Shown: piece after piece, positions 22,314 to 34,300 of the stretch
Layout: each line of letters starts with the position of its first letter
Numbering within the stretch: position 1 is the first letter of the stretch
Origin: Hyaloraphidium curvatum SAG 235-1
Taxonomy: Eukaryota; Fungi; Monoblepharomycota
Length of the DNA stretch: 64,000 nt
NCBI GenBank assembly: GCA_025558095.1
Contig: JAIVFI010000006.1
Location: 1 to 64,000, forward strand
Direction of reading: 5' to 3'
Translations under genes and position numbers: made by a program
Notes under the pieces: generated by a model
Seen by the model: only the letters and a program-made list of their open reading frames with translations
What the model was told of the DNA's origin: nothing
Database searches by the model: none

Positions 22314-24477
22314 CTACCACGCCTCCATTTCCGCGCAGACCTCGACAAAGGTCGGCCTGTCCGCCGGGTTCTGCGCCCACATGCGCTCCATGAGGTTCCA
22401 CATCCTGTCGTCGACGTCATCGGGGCGCTCGGGCCGATCTCCTTGCTTGACAGCCTCACGGAGCTGCCGGAATCGTCTGTCGAGACCAAATCGGAGCAAG
22501 GCAGGTGCGAGCCACCCACCAACAGCGCACCCAGCCCTTGAAACGGGTACCCACCCTCGTCGACGACCTCGTAGCACACCATGGCGAACGCGTACACGTC
22601 CACGGGCGGGCGGAGCTTGCCTCCGCGCCACAGTTCCGGGGCCATGAATGGGGGTGTGCCGCTTGCGGAGCCCCCGGCATCGCGATCGCCGCTGGTGGTG
22701 CCCAGGGAGAGGTGCGTGCGGACCTTGGCGAGGCCGAAGTCGGCGATCTTGGGGATGTCGTGGTCTGCAGTGGCCGGGGGTTAGATGCGCATGCACCCCC
22801 GGCCCGAGGGCCGCGCGAGCCCACCGATCATGATGTTGGCGCACTTGAGGTCCCCGTGGAGCACCTTGTACGAGTGCAGGTACGCCATCCCCGCGGCCGT
22901 CCCGCGGAGGTACCTGAGCCCGACCGCCTGGTCCCAGCGCAGTTGTTCGAGCCGCGAACGCATGCTGCCGTCGGTCAGTTCCGAGATCAGCAGGGGCGGG
23001 GACTCGCAAAAGGCTAGGAGGGGGAGCACTGCGGCAAACGTTGAGCCCAGGACAGTGAACGCGCGAGGAGCGAGGGCGGCCCACCGTTGCGCTGGTTCAA
23101 CCCGTCCCATACCGCGATCTCCTTGAGGAACATTTGCACCGTCTCCGGGGTTACGTCGCCCTTGATGGTCTTGACGGCCACCCGCGTCGCGCCCCTGAGC
23201 ACGCCGCGGTACACCGTGCCGAAGGAGCCCTCGCCGAGTATGGACGCTTTCTCGGTGGAGTAGGCGACCTCGTCCTTGGCGATGCGGAGCTTGGAGAGGA
23301 ACGCCGAATGGTCCGATTTGGTGCTTGCGGAGGAGGCATGCGATCGGGAGGGATCCGAAGGTAGCTTGGTCACCTGTGACGAGTTCCAGGAGGTAGCCGC
23401 CGGCGGGGCCGGACCGCGCTTGGCCATCTCCGCCGCCGCTGCCATCCTGCGCTCCACCTCTTCCTCCCTCAGCCTCAGCTCCCGCAGACGACGTGCGATC
23501 TCGGCCTCCTGCTCCCGCACGCCGGCGGCCTCGTCCGCGAGCCGCTGCTGCCTTTTGGCCTCCTCCCGCCTGCGTGCATCCTCGTCGAGCCGTTTGCGCT
23601 CCCGTTCGGCGGCCTCCCGCCGCCGCACCTCCTCCTCCTGCTGCTGCTGCTGCGCGCGGGCGCGCTCGGCTGCCTCGGCCGCCTGCTGCTTCTGCATATG
23701 CTCTCTCCGGCCGGCAGGATTGTTGACGATCGTCTCGATTTCCGAAAGCAGATTCTCCGGAACGCCGTTCCACTTGAGGTCGAGGTCCGAGAGCGTGAAG
23801 TTGTGGATAAGGGCTTCGGCGAGGGCGCGCGCGCCGTCAACTCCGATGGAGTTGTTGCGCAACCACAGGGTCCTCAGCGTTGAGTTGACCTTCAGCGCCT
23901 CGGCGAGCGCGCGGGCACCCTCGACCCCGATGGAGTTGTTCCCCAGGTGCAGGGTCGTCAGCGTCGAGTTGTCTTTCAGCGCCTCGGCCAGCGCGCGGGC
24001 GCCCTCGACCCCAATGGAGTTCCTTGGCAGGTCCAGCCTCGTAAGCGCCGAGTTCGTTTTCAGCGCCTGCGCAAGCGCGCGGGCGCCTTCGACACCGATG
24101 GAGTTGTCGTCCAGCCAAAGGGTCGCCAACGCCGTGTTCACTTTCAGCGCCTCCGCGAGCAGACGGGCCCCGCTGTCCCCCATGGAGCTCCTGTGCAGAA
24201 ACAGGGTCGTCAAGGTCAGGTTCCCCTTCAGTGCCTCGGCGAGCGCGCGGGTCTCCTTGTCGCTGGCTGACTGCCAGCCGGCATTGAACGTCGTCTTCCC
24301 CGCGAGCTCGTTGCGCCAGTATGCCGCGTCACCCTTCGTCGACTCGGGAGCGGCCTTCGGGGCCTGCGGCGCCGGGGCGGGCTGCACCGGGCGGGGAGCG
24401 GGGGCCGCGGCGGGTTGCTGCACCACTCGCGCATCCCGGTCCTCCTTCGTGCGGCCGATGCCAAGCAGCTTCTTCAT
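22314..24477 (-). CDS. LRR-coiled-coil-TKL kinase, copy D (no ankyrin; 5 internal LRRs)
   Basis: Starts MKKLLGIGRTK, followed by 28-aa LRRs and a poly-Q/E coiled coil. The kinase is near-identical to copy C (GEGSFG, HGDLKCAN). Confidence 0.9.
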
Positions 24478-24533
24478 CGCTGCGCAGTGGCGGCCCGCGG
24501 CGCTCCGCACGGCTCCGCGGGGGAGCGGCACTC

Positions 24534-24604
24534 CTGACTGACTGACTGACGAGCGGGGTTAGGGATTTCACATCGCCGAGCCATCGAAAGCACGCCGTCC
24601 CTAC
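24534..24604 (-). promoter_or_regulatory. Putative 5'-UTR intron of copy D with four tandem TCAG acceptors
   Basis: Near-identical to 14941-15011: GTAGGG donor, CCCTAAC branch and (TCAG)4. Confidence 0.55.
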
Positions 24605-24660
24605 CTCGCCCTCCTCCGACGCGTCCCGCCGGGGCAGATACCCTCCCGACGCGCCTGCAG

Positions 24661-25335
24661 ATGTGGACGACGCGGCCGAGTGCGCCCTCCCGCCCGAGAG
24701 CTCCTCCTCGGGGCCGCGGCGCGTCTCCCGCTGGTGGAAGCGCCCAGCGGAGGCCGGCCGGGGCGGAGCACGCGCTGCAGCTCCCCGCGTTCACCGAGGC
24801 GAAAGCCGGAGGAGAGGATCGGGCGCATCGCCCGCGCTCGGACAGCGCTACGTCGTCTTTGGCGCCGCGTCATGTTGCAAGAGAGACTGTGTCCATACCG
24901 CGCGGTGCCGTCTCGGCATGGCCTGCGCCGTTCCGGAACCCAACCGGACGCAGCACGACGAAGCTGGGACAACGGCACTCGGAAAAGTGCCCGTCGACTT
25001 GGTGCTCAGCTAGCTTCCGTCTGGGCAAAGGGGACGGGGCGACGTTCAAGGTGGAATCGATCGTCGGGGCCGACACTGGCGGATTCGCGCCCATGAGAAG
25101 GCACCGGGGGGCATGCTGGACGCCGGCGTCATCTGCGGCAGGAACGTCGTCTCGGCGGCCGGGACGCAGGCGCTCCTGCTCAAGCACATCGCCTTCTCCC
25201 GCTGCTCGACGTGCAAGACCGCGTTGTACATATCGTTGTCTGCGCGGCAGTGGCGGCGCTGAGCGCGGCGAAGTAGATCGGTGCTGCGCGACGAGTTGCA
25301 CTCGCATTAGAACCCTCGCTGCATCCGTCGACTAG
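24661..25335 (+). pseudogene. Possible third, more diverged MYND-like remnant
   Basis: A frame at ~25190-25230 reads AFSRCSTCKTALY. It sits in the same position relative to the LRR-kinase 5' end as the other MYND copies. Confidence 0.3.
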
Positions 25336-25362
25336 TGCCAAAGTGGCTCTGTCGGTTCGACT

Positions 25363-27919
25363 TCAATCCATTAAGTTACGCCTGCTGCTTAACGAATCGA
25401 GACTATAGCCCTTGCTCCCCCTGCCGCCCCTTCCATGTCCCAGCTCCGCTCGCGCCCTCTTCCACGGAGGACGTCCGCGCCGCGCCCCACTCTCCTCACG
25501 CGACGTGGCTCAGCCCGACCCACCTGATCCGCGTCGGGTACCTGCCACGCACTTGCGTCAGCCCCGCGCACACCTCCTCCGGCAACGAGAAACCCACCTC
25601 CCGCACACTGCCAGGTACACGCTCCCCGGGAACCCGCGGATCGACGTCCCGCAGTCGACCCCGTTGCGCCGGAACCCGAGCGTGCGCGCGTCCAGGTCGA
25701 GGTCGACGACGATCACCTCGCCGTCCTTGAGCGGGCCGCCGCGGGAGCGGGGGTACGGGATCGGCATCGAGTTGACGCACTGCGGGTAGGGTGAAGCGGG
25801 GTGAGCGGGATCGTCGGCGGGAAGCGGCGACGGGTTGACCCACGATGCTGTCGCGCCCGTCCCAGGTGCAGCAGTTGGGCTGCGACCGCAGCGCCTGCCT
25901 GGGATCGAAGGTTTCGCCGATCATGATGCCGATGTCCGGGAAGTGCAGGGCGTGGGAGCCGCTCCCGACCCTCGGTCTGCCGCGCGGCATGATCGTCAGC
26001 TTTCCCCACGCGGCGGCACGCGACGCAACACCCACGCGATCCGCTCGACCATGATCACCCATCTCCACTGCCCCCTGCTGATGCTCGCTGCGCTCCTGCA
26101 GCTCCGCACGCTCTCGCTGTTGAACGCCAGGTTCATCCTCGACGCCGCCACCTCCCCCCGGGGGACGACCCAGCCCTCGAACCCCGCCGAGATGTCGCCG
26201 CCCATCGACGGGCTCGGCTGCACCGGCGCCGCGGGCGCGGGCGGGATGTCGTCCATCGGGGGTGCCGGCTCCCGCGGGGCAGCGGGCGCTGGCTCGCGGG
26301 GTTCCCTCCGGCGAGATTTCTGCGAGGCGTTGGAGGGGCGCGGTTGCGGCTGCTCCATGGAGCGCTCGAACGCGCGCGGGGGAGGCGGGCCGTCGGCCTG
26401 CACCGCGGCGGCGGCAACGGCGGGGACCACCGCGGTGGGGTTGGGCGCGGCGGCGGCGATCGAGACGGAGCCGGGCGGGAGGGTGTTCATGACGACGCCG
26501 TTGGTCCCGACGACGGCGGTTTGGCCGTTGGCGAGTGTGACGATGTTCATGGGCTGCCCGTTGTTGAGCAGGCCGTTCGTGGAGGGCGGGAGGCCGGTGC
26601 CGGGGGGGATGACGAGGGAAGGGGGCTGCTGGAAGATGACGGACTGGGGAACCATGCCGGGCTGGCCAGGCATCATGACCATCGGCTGGGGAGGGGCGGG
26701 CGCAGGGGCAGGCGCCGGAGCGGGGGGTTGCGTTGCGATGGGTGGGGGGAGGGGTTGCTGCGTGGGGAGTTCCGGCATCGAGCTGGTCCCACCAACGCCT
26801 CCGAGGCCCATCTGCTGTCGCAGCGAGACGTTGGGCCCGGTGCCGATCGGCAGGCCCGACTGGGCCCGCAGCCGGCGCGCAACGATGGTGTACTGTTTCA
26901 TGAGCTTCTGGATTGGGATGAGGCCCGAGGGCTGGAGGAAAGGGGGGTAAGCGAGGAGGGAAGGTTGCCGACAAAGGTCACCCACCTCCACCTCCTTTTC
27001 CAGATCGTCCAGCGTGATCTTCTCCAGGTCGATCAGCCGCGCCAGCTGCGCCACCTGCTCCGGCGTCGCCCTGTTGACCTCAGCCCACGCGCGGATGATT
27101 CGGAACTTCTGCATCTCCCCTCCGGGCCACTCGGCGCCCCGGACGGCCGGCAAAAAGGCCCCGAATTCCATGCCCTCGAGGAGGCCGACAACCTTGCCGG
27201 TGTCGTTCTTGGCCGCCTGCATGAAGATGGGCAGGCAGGCTTCGAACGTTTCCCGCATTCCGTAATAGTTCATCCTCGCGAGGCCACGTGCTGCCGCCTC
27301 GGTCCCCATAGCCTCGACCAGCTGCGCCTCGACGGCCCTCCTGGCCGACCTCATCCGGGAGACATCGGTCTCCTCGGCAGCAAATGCCTCGATGGTGTGC
27401 AAGGTGTCCACGGCGAGCACGGGGTCGCCGACGCAGTCCATGGCCGCGGGGAGGCCAGTGTAGAGGTAGCGGAGGAACACGCGCACCGCGGGCGCGGGGA
27501 GGTCCGGGAGGTCGATCCGGGAGGGGAGACCCGAGGTGGTGGTGTGGCGGTTGCGGAACTGGGCCGACTGCGAGATCAAGACGGCCCTGAGCGGAGCAGG
27601 AGGGGGTCAGCTCGAGAGTCCGTTCAGGTAGGTTCCAGCAGACGGCCCACCTATGGCACAGCACCTCCGCCCCGTCCGTCCCGCAAACCAGCGTCGTGTC
27701 CGTTGCAACAGCGTTCTCGAACAAGGCCAACCAGTTGCTCCGGAACGGCTCCATCCCCGCCGCGGCTGCGGCCACCGGCCCGGGCAGCGCCTGCGGCGGC
27801 GGCAGCGCCGGGAGCGCCGGCAGCGCGATGGGCAGCTGCGGCGCCGACGTCCCCGGTCGGAGGGCGCCGCCGGGGGGCAGCCGGCCGTCCGGAGGGGAGT
27901 AGCCGCCGTAGCCGGCCAT
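25363..27919 (-). CDS. BTB/POZ - BACK-like - Pro-rich - SPRY-like domain protein (multi-exon)
   Basis: BTB: TDTTLVCGTDGAEVLCHR|AVL...AVRVFLRYLYTG. BACK-like: KFRIIRAWAE...LIDLEKI. SPRY-like: GEVIVVDLDLDARTLGFRRNG...VYLAV. Confidence 0.8.
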
Positions 27920-28683
27920 GTCCGACCGGCGCGGGGTTCCTCCGGGTTCCCGGAGGGCAGGAGCTCGCTACGCCCGGGCAAACAAGCACGTGCTCCGCAC
28001 GGCGCGCGGTCCGTCGCGCAAGGGAGTCATCTCGCGGCGCGCCGGGTTGCCGGCCGCGGTGTAGGGACCGTCCGGGGGACTCTGTTTGCAGCGCCGCAGC
28101 GCTTTCCGATCCCGCCGCCTGCCCGAAACTCAGACTTGGAACTAAGAAATGGGGTCCGCAAATGTCCGGAACTCTTTGTAAATCCAAGCCGCAAACGAAT
28201 TGCCCCATTTCAGGGGTGGATTCGTCGAGGCGAGGGCTGCAGCGCTGCTCCTCCATGTTCCGTAGCAGTCAAGAAAGAGTGACCCCTGCAAACGCTCCGG
28301 AACCGCGAAACTCGCCGGTTGTTTCCTCCGCTGCAAAGCGTGCTGCACGTGTGGAATGCATTCCGACGGAAAACGGTCCCGATCGGCTGCAGGTGGTGGG
28401 TTGGTAGGCCCGCCCGACGGCGGCCCGCCGCGGCAGCTCGGCGGACCCAGACGCAGCACTCTTGGGGACGCCGGCGTGTGCCGCGGCAGATCACGGAGGA
28501 AGCTCAGTAACTGTTGGTCAGTCGGCACTTCAGATGCTAGATGGAGTGAGCAGGGTGAAGAACATCATCGGTGGTGCGCGGGCAAGCTACATCTCGCAAT
28601 CGAATTCAGATTTCAGAACAGATCTACAGAATGGTATCGCAAGATCCGCAGGTTCTCGTTCCCAACACCCCGCCCGCCCGCCT

Positions 28684-31600
28684 TTAGTGGCTCGGGTTCT
28701 TGGGGAACCCGCCGGCCCACTTGTTCACATAGCCGTGCGCCGGCAGCGTCCCCGTCCCTCCGCGCGCGGCCGCACGCTTCTCCTTGCTAATGTACTGGTT
28801 GGTCAAATCCTGCCGAGAACCGGGGTTAGGCATCGGCGTGGAAGCAGTCGAGCACAAACGAACCTCCTCCCGACGACGGATACCGGCCTTGAAGTCGTCC
28901 ATGCAGTCCGCCAGCAGGGTGCTGAGGGCGAACTCGCGTTCTCCCCGGGGGTTTAACCACCTCATGAGCTCGTCGACATCTCCCTCCGTCTCGATGAAGG
29001 TCCACTCTTTCGACGGCGCGTCCAACATCCTGGGGTTGTCCGAAATCCTCTGCCACGTCGGGTCCCGGATATCTTCCAAAGAATGTCAAAGACCGCTTGA
29101 CGGCCAACCATAGCCACAACCCACCCTCGGGCCCGACCACCTCGATCCACAGCTTGCCCGACGCCCAGCGCTGCAGCGGACCGCCGTCGGTGCTGGCATC
29201 CTTCTTCCCCTTCACCGCCCCGTCCGTCTGCACCATGTCCGCGACGCCGCCGCCGAACCAGCTGTCGAAGTTCCAGTACCTGTTAAACCAGCGATCCCTA
29301 CCGATCGGCCGGCCGTGCGAGACCGCAGACCACCCCCGGATCTGCCTCTCTACGAGGGTTTCCCTCCGCTGCAGGTGCTTCTCCTTCTCCTCCATCCGCT
29401 TCCGCTCGTCGGCGCGGGCCTTGAGCGTCTTTGCCCGCTCCTTCTGCGACTTGGCGATGGCCGCGCGCTGCTGCTTCCGCGCGCGCTCGTCGGCCTTGCG
29501 CTGCGCCTGGGCGGCGGCCAGGTCCGTCTGCCGCGCTGAGGGGATCGCGGGCACCGCGGCGGCGGAGGAGCCGCCGCCATCGGAGTCCGTGTCGGAGGAA
29601 TCCGAGTCTGACGAATCCGAGTCCTCGAACGAGATCTCCTCGTCCTCGTCCGACGACACGCCGCCGGCGGCCGAGCTGGAGCCCGCCTTGGCCTTGGCCG
29701 GGCGGCGCCGGGACGTCGAGGCGTTGGAGTCCGTGCCGTCCAGGTCGTCCTCCGTATCCTGATCCATGGGGTCGGGGGCAGGGGGTGCGGCGGGTTCGGA
29801 AGCGGGCGCGGATTCCGGCGCGGGGGTCGAGGCGGGCGCCGCCTCCATCGGCACGGGGTCCTGCTCCTCCTCGGCCTGGAGGCGCTCCTCCATCTCCTCC
29901 TTCTCGTTCATGCTGGAAGGGAAAGCAGGTGTCAGCATCACGCGCTCGACGTCAGAAGCAGAAACCTCACAGGTCCTGCCTCTCCTGCGCGAGTTCGAAG
30001 CGGATCTTGCGCAGGTTCACGACCTCGTCGTGTGCCTGCTCCTGGTACCGCCTGTAACGCCAGGGAATCAGCACTCGTCGTGGGTTACGGCGGCGTACGA
30101 GCAACCAACCTGATCTCCTCCCACCCAAAGACGATCTCCTCGATCAGGAACTTGAGCAGCCCCAGCTTCTCCCGGATCTTGAGCCTGTTCCACCCCCTCT
30201 CGCAGATGTGCAGGAACTCCAAATCCGGCATCGTCTTCTTGGTCGTCTTGCGCGTGGACAGCTGCTGCGGCTTCTCCGCCGCCAGCGTCACGGCCACCAG
30301 CGACGCCACGCCGGGCATTACCGCCGCGCGCGACTCGTCGTACATGCCCGCGCCCAGGCGGCGGCGCTTGGTCGGGTCGTGGAACGGCTCGTCCATCGCG
30401 GCGGCGGGCACGGCCGTCGGCGCGGGCCGCTTGCCCTTGCGGAGCTTGCGCCCCGTGGGCCCGTACTCGGCGTCCGATTCCTCCGACGCCGGCACGCCCT
30501 CGGCGTCCACGTCGTCAAAGATCGACATGTCCGCCTCGTCGGCCGCCGACGCCGACGCCGCGTCTGCCTGCTGCGGCTGGATCGGCTCGGGCGGCAGCTG
30601 CGCCAGCACGGGGTCCTGCTTGGGCGGCGGGTCCAGCTTGAGCAGCGTGTCCACTCCTTCGTCCTCCTCCTCGCGGTCCGCCAGCTCGAGCATCTTGCCG
30701 ATGATGCGCCAGTACCCCGGGATGAACACCTCGGGGTCCTTGGCGCCGGGCAGCAGCCAGACCAGGTCCACGACGGCGCTCATCAGCGCCGCCTGCCACC
30801 CCTTGAGCCGCACGCACGGGTGCGCGGGCAGGCCGCGGGCCGAGGGGTGCGTCGACCACGCGGACCAGGGGAAGTTGGTCCACGAGCGCACCCAGGTCAG
30901 GTGGCGGTCGATCTCGAGGTTGACCAGGGCGTGCTCGTCGATGGGCGTGAGCGGGGACGAGGAATCCTTGTCGGAGCCATCGTCCACAGGCTCCTTCTTG
31001 GTCGAGGTGTCGATCTTGAGCGCCGGCTTGACCCCCGACGGCGCCGCGCTGCCCGCCGCCGACGGCGTGCCGACCTCGGCCGGCGGCGTCCCCGACCCGT
31101 CGCCGGCATCTGTCCCGTCCTCCCCGGCACCGCGGTCGAGGTCGCGCAGGGCCGCGGCGGCCTTTTCGGCGGCGAGCGCGGCGGCCTTGGCCTTTTCGGC
31201 GGCCTTGACGAGGTTCTCGCGCTCGCGACGGGAGACGCGGAGCAGGGAAAAGACGGTCTCGCTCATGACCTCGTTGCGGTAGTCGAGCGTCGTGAGGGCG
31301 TTGACAAAGTCGTCGAACGTGAACGGGTACAGGTTGAGCGGTTTGCTGTTACGCGTGGAAGGAAGGTTAGCCCGCGACACCGTTGCAGGCGAACGGCGCC
31401 GCCCACCAGTAGACGGTCAGGAAGTTCCACACAAACAGCACGTCCGCCACGACCCCCTGCGGCAGCGGCACCCTCTCGCTCGGCACCTTCTTCCCCTCTG
31501 GCCTCTTGCCCAGCGTCCTCTGCTCGTCCGCGATCGCCGGCGCCGCCCCCGAGGACCACGGCAGGTCGCCGTGCTTGGCGAGGAACTGCGGGTCCTCGCG

Positions 31601-32797
31601 CACGAGGCGGTGCAGCTGCGTGTCGTCGACGGGGAAGCGGGTGGGGAACTCGGGCTCGGCGTGGAGGGTGCGCGGGGGCCGGTAGTCGGGGCCCTCGATG
31701 CGCTTGCGGTAGAGGTCCTGGATGCCCGGGGGCATGTCGGTGGGGATGCCCAGGCGGGCGGCGACCTCGGGCTGCAGAGTCGGGGGGAATCGGACGTCGG
31801 CGCGGTGTCCTTCCGCGCGCCCCGGAGAGCAACCCACCTTGATGACGAGCGGGCTGCCTGCCCAAAGCTCCCTGGTCATGTTCTCCTTGAGGAACCGCTT
31901 GAAGTTCTGCTTGCTGAACGCGATCCGGTCCCGCTTGATCCTTTTTGTCGGGATGACCTCCGCCTCGCCCTCGGGCTCGCCGAACTGGTTGAGCCAGCGG
32001 ATGCGGACCTCGCCCGCCTTGAGCGTGGGCTCGGCGAAGCGCGCGTCGGTGGTGTCGGGGGGCTGCACCACGCGCGCCATGTGCGAGGTCCACTGGGTGA
32101 TCTCGATGTTGACGTCCTCGTCGACAAAGGCGTGCTGCCGGAGGGCGTCGTGGACAAAGTCGACGACGTGGTCGAGGCGCTCGGTCGCTGGCATGTCGGG
32201 TGGTCAGGCGGGGAGCGCGCAGCACATAGAATGTGCCCCACAAAAGTTGGCCTTGAGCAGCAGCGCCTTCTTCCAGATGTCGGGCAGGCCCTCCTCGATG
32301 AGCCGCCGGGCCTTGCGCTCGCTCAGCAGGGCCTCCTCGTAGGTCAGCTGGGTCTTGCCGGTCGAGGAGCACATCCAGGTGTGCTGGCGGTACAGGTTGA
32401 AGCGGTGGAAGTACGCCCTGGAGCAGGCACGCGACGACGATGCGAGCAGGAGGTCGTGCGGGCGATTCGAGGCGGATGGCGGGCGGAAAGGGGGGAAAGA
32501 GGGCGCCGGGGTCAGAGAACGCCAGGGGCGGTCCGACAAGGCGGATGGGACGCAGGCCGGGCCCGGGAACGCCTCAGCCGGCCATTCCGAGCCCCCGGAA
32601 GCCATTCAGGCCGCCCTGCGCCCGACCCGGGCCGGCCATCCCCCCAGATCCGCGCCGGCGGCCGCAACCCACTCGTAGTTGTCGAAGACCTCGCCCGTGA
32701 TCCGGCAGAGCCATACTTCGCGCTCCGGCTCCTTTTCGACGTCCGCCTTGTCGGGCGGCGGCAGCAGCGCCCACGGCTTGCGCTTGAAGGTGGGCAT
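28684..32797 (-). CDS. ITC1: ISWI chromatin-remodelling complex subunit, Itc1/ACF1-like (WAC, DDT, WHIM1, WSD)
   Basis: WAC: MPTFKRKP...EVWLCRITGEVFDNYE...WMCSSTGKTQLTYEEALLSE. DDT: VLFVWNFL...LNLYPFTFDDF. WHIM1: WNRLKIREKLGLLKFL. WSD: PIGRDRWFNRYW...LMRWLNPRGERE. No PHD or bromodomain, as in fungal Itc1. Confidence 0.85.
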
Positions 32798-34300
32798 TTT
32801 CTATAATGGCGAACGGCGAGCGGAGCGGGGAGCGGGCGGCGGGACGGGCGTCGCGGCGGGCGCAGCGGCGGCGCCTCTCCTCTCCGGCGGCGCGGCAGGC
32901 CCTCCGGTGCTCTCAGCGCCGCGCCGGCCGCGGTGAATGGCGATGGGCGGGCGGGCGTGGCCCCGCGGGCCAAAGCCAAGGCGGCAAACGGGCGGCGGGC
33001 GGCGCAAACACGAACACGGCGCAAATGCCGGCCCGGCTGCCGCGGGGACGGCCTCGCGCGCGCGGGAAACGGAGGCGGCGGTGCCCGGCGGCACGCGATG
33101 CGGCGGCGGAGGCGGCGGCGGCCCCGCCGTCCGTGCCCCGGACCCGGACGTCGCCGCGGTCGCGCCCGCGGCCGGGATGACCCGCCGCCGGCCAGATCAC
33201 GGCGATCTGTGGGCTTTAATGGCTCGGGAGAACGCGAATCTCATCGATCGGCCGGTCGGATACCGCGGACCTTGGCCGGCTTGACCTCGACCGTGGACTC
33301 GGCCATCTTCCTGGACCTGGCCGCTGTGTGACCTTGTCGACACCTCTTCGGCCCTCTTTTCCATCAGCGACACCTCCATATCTTGTCGGAGGCCGGCGAC
33401 GGCCTCGACGCGCGGCACCGTCGCCTTCCGACAGGCCTTTTCCAGACGCCGCGGACACTCGGGCCCTGCTCGCCACCGATTCCACGAAAGCTCCCTTGTT
33501 TGGAAATTGCGGCCCCGCGGTCCGTGTAAGCATTGTCGCCTCGCTCCTCCTGGCGCCTTGTGCGCTCCTAGGCGACGCCGTCCGACAAATCAATCCTCTG
33601 GGACCTTCGCCCTCAATCGGTTTGCCGCCGCACGTGCTCCAAGCCAGCAGCTTCGCCTTTTGCGCCGCTTTGGGCTGCTGCGGACGTTGATCTCTTGGTA
33701 TTGCGACTTGGGAGCAGGGTCGCCAAGCGGACGGAGCCCATCCCGACGGCTCCGACGGCATAAAACGGACACAAACGGACAACCGAACGAAGCTGCGCGC
33801 GGCACTCGCTCGTATTCGATCGTTTGCGGCGGCCAACGGAGCACTTCGGTGGTTCTACCCGCGCGACGTATGCCCCGTCTGCGGGCCAATCTCCAGATAG
33901 AGGCCGGTCCAACGACCGGCACTGATTGTCCGTGTTCGCAGATTATCCGCGGTGGTTTGATCCTCGCTCAGGGAGTTTCGGACCGGATCGAATTATCCCG
34001 TGGCCCGGCCACCGATCCGATGTGCACCGGGGCACCTCCCGGCCGCAAGCACGCCGCCGCGAGACCGGTTCCGCAAAGGTTAAATATTGTATTGCTGGTA
34101 TCTGCTTTTGCCGAGGATGCTTGTGCGCCCCGGTTTGCGAATCTCGCGGCGGGAGCGGCGAGCGGCGGAACTGCTTCGGGCGGAGGGACGGTTCTGCCGC
34201 GCACGGAGGATTGGCCTTTCCCCCGAGCCGCGGTCCCTGATAACACCACGATGCGGGCCCGGGACCCTTTGCAAACCGCGTCCAACTCTTTCGACTCTCG

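Noticed and set aside
7013-24477. Diversity-generating retroelement as the source of LRR variability
   Set aside because: No reverse transcriptase or template repeat was recognised in the window, and variation is not visibly restricted to adenines.
32800-34300. Possible gene or ncRNA in the 1.5-kb gap between ITC1 and the PDR transporter
   Set aside because: No motif-bearing ORF, tRNA or rRNA structure was recognised. It is consistent with a divergent promoter region.
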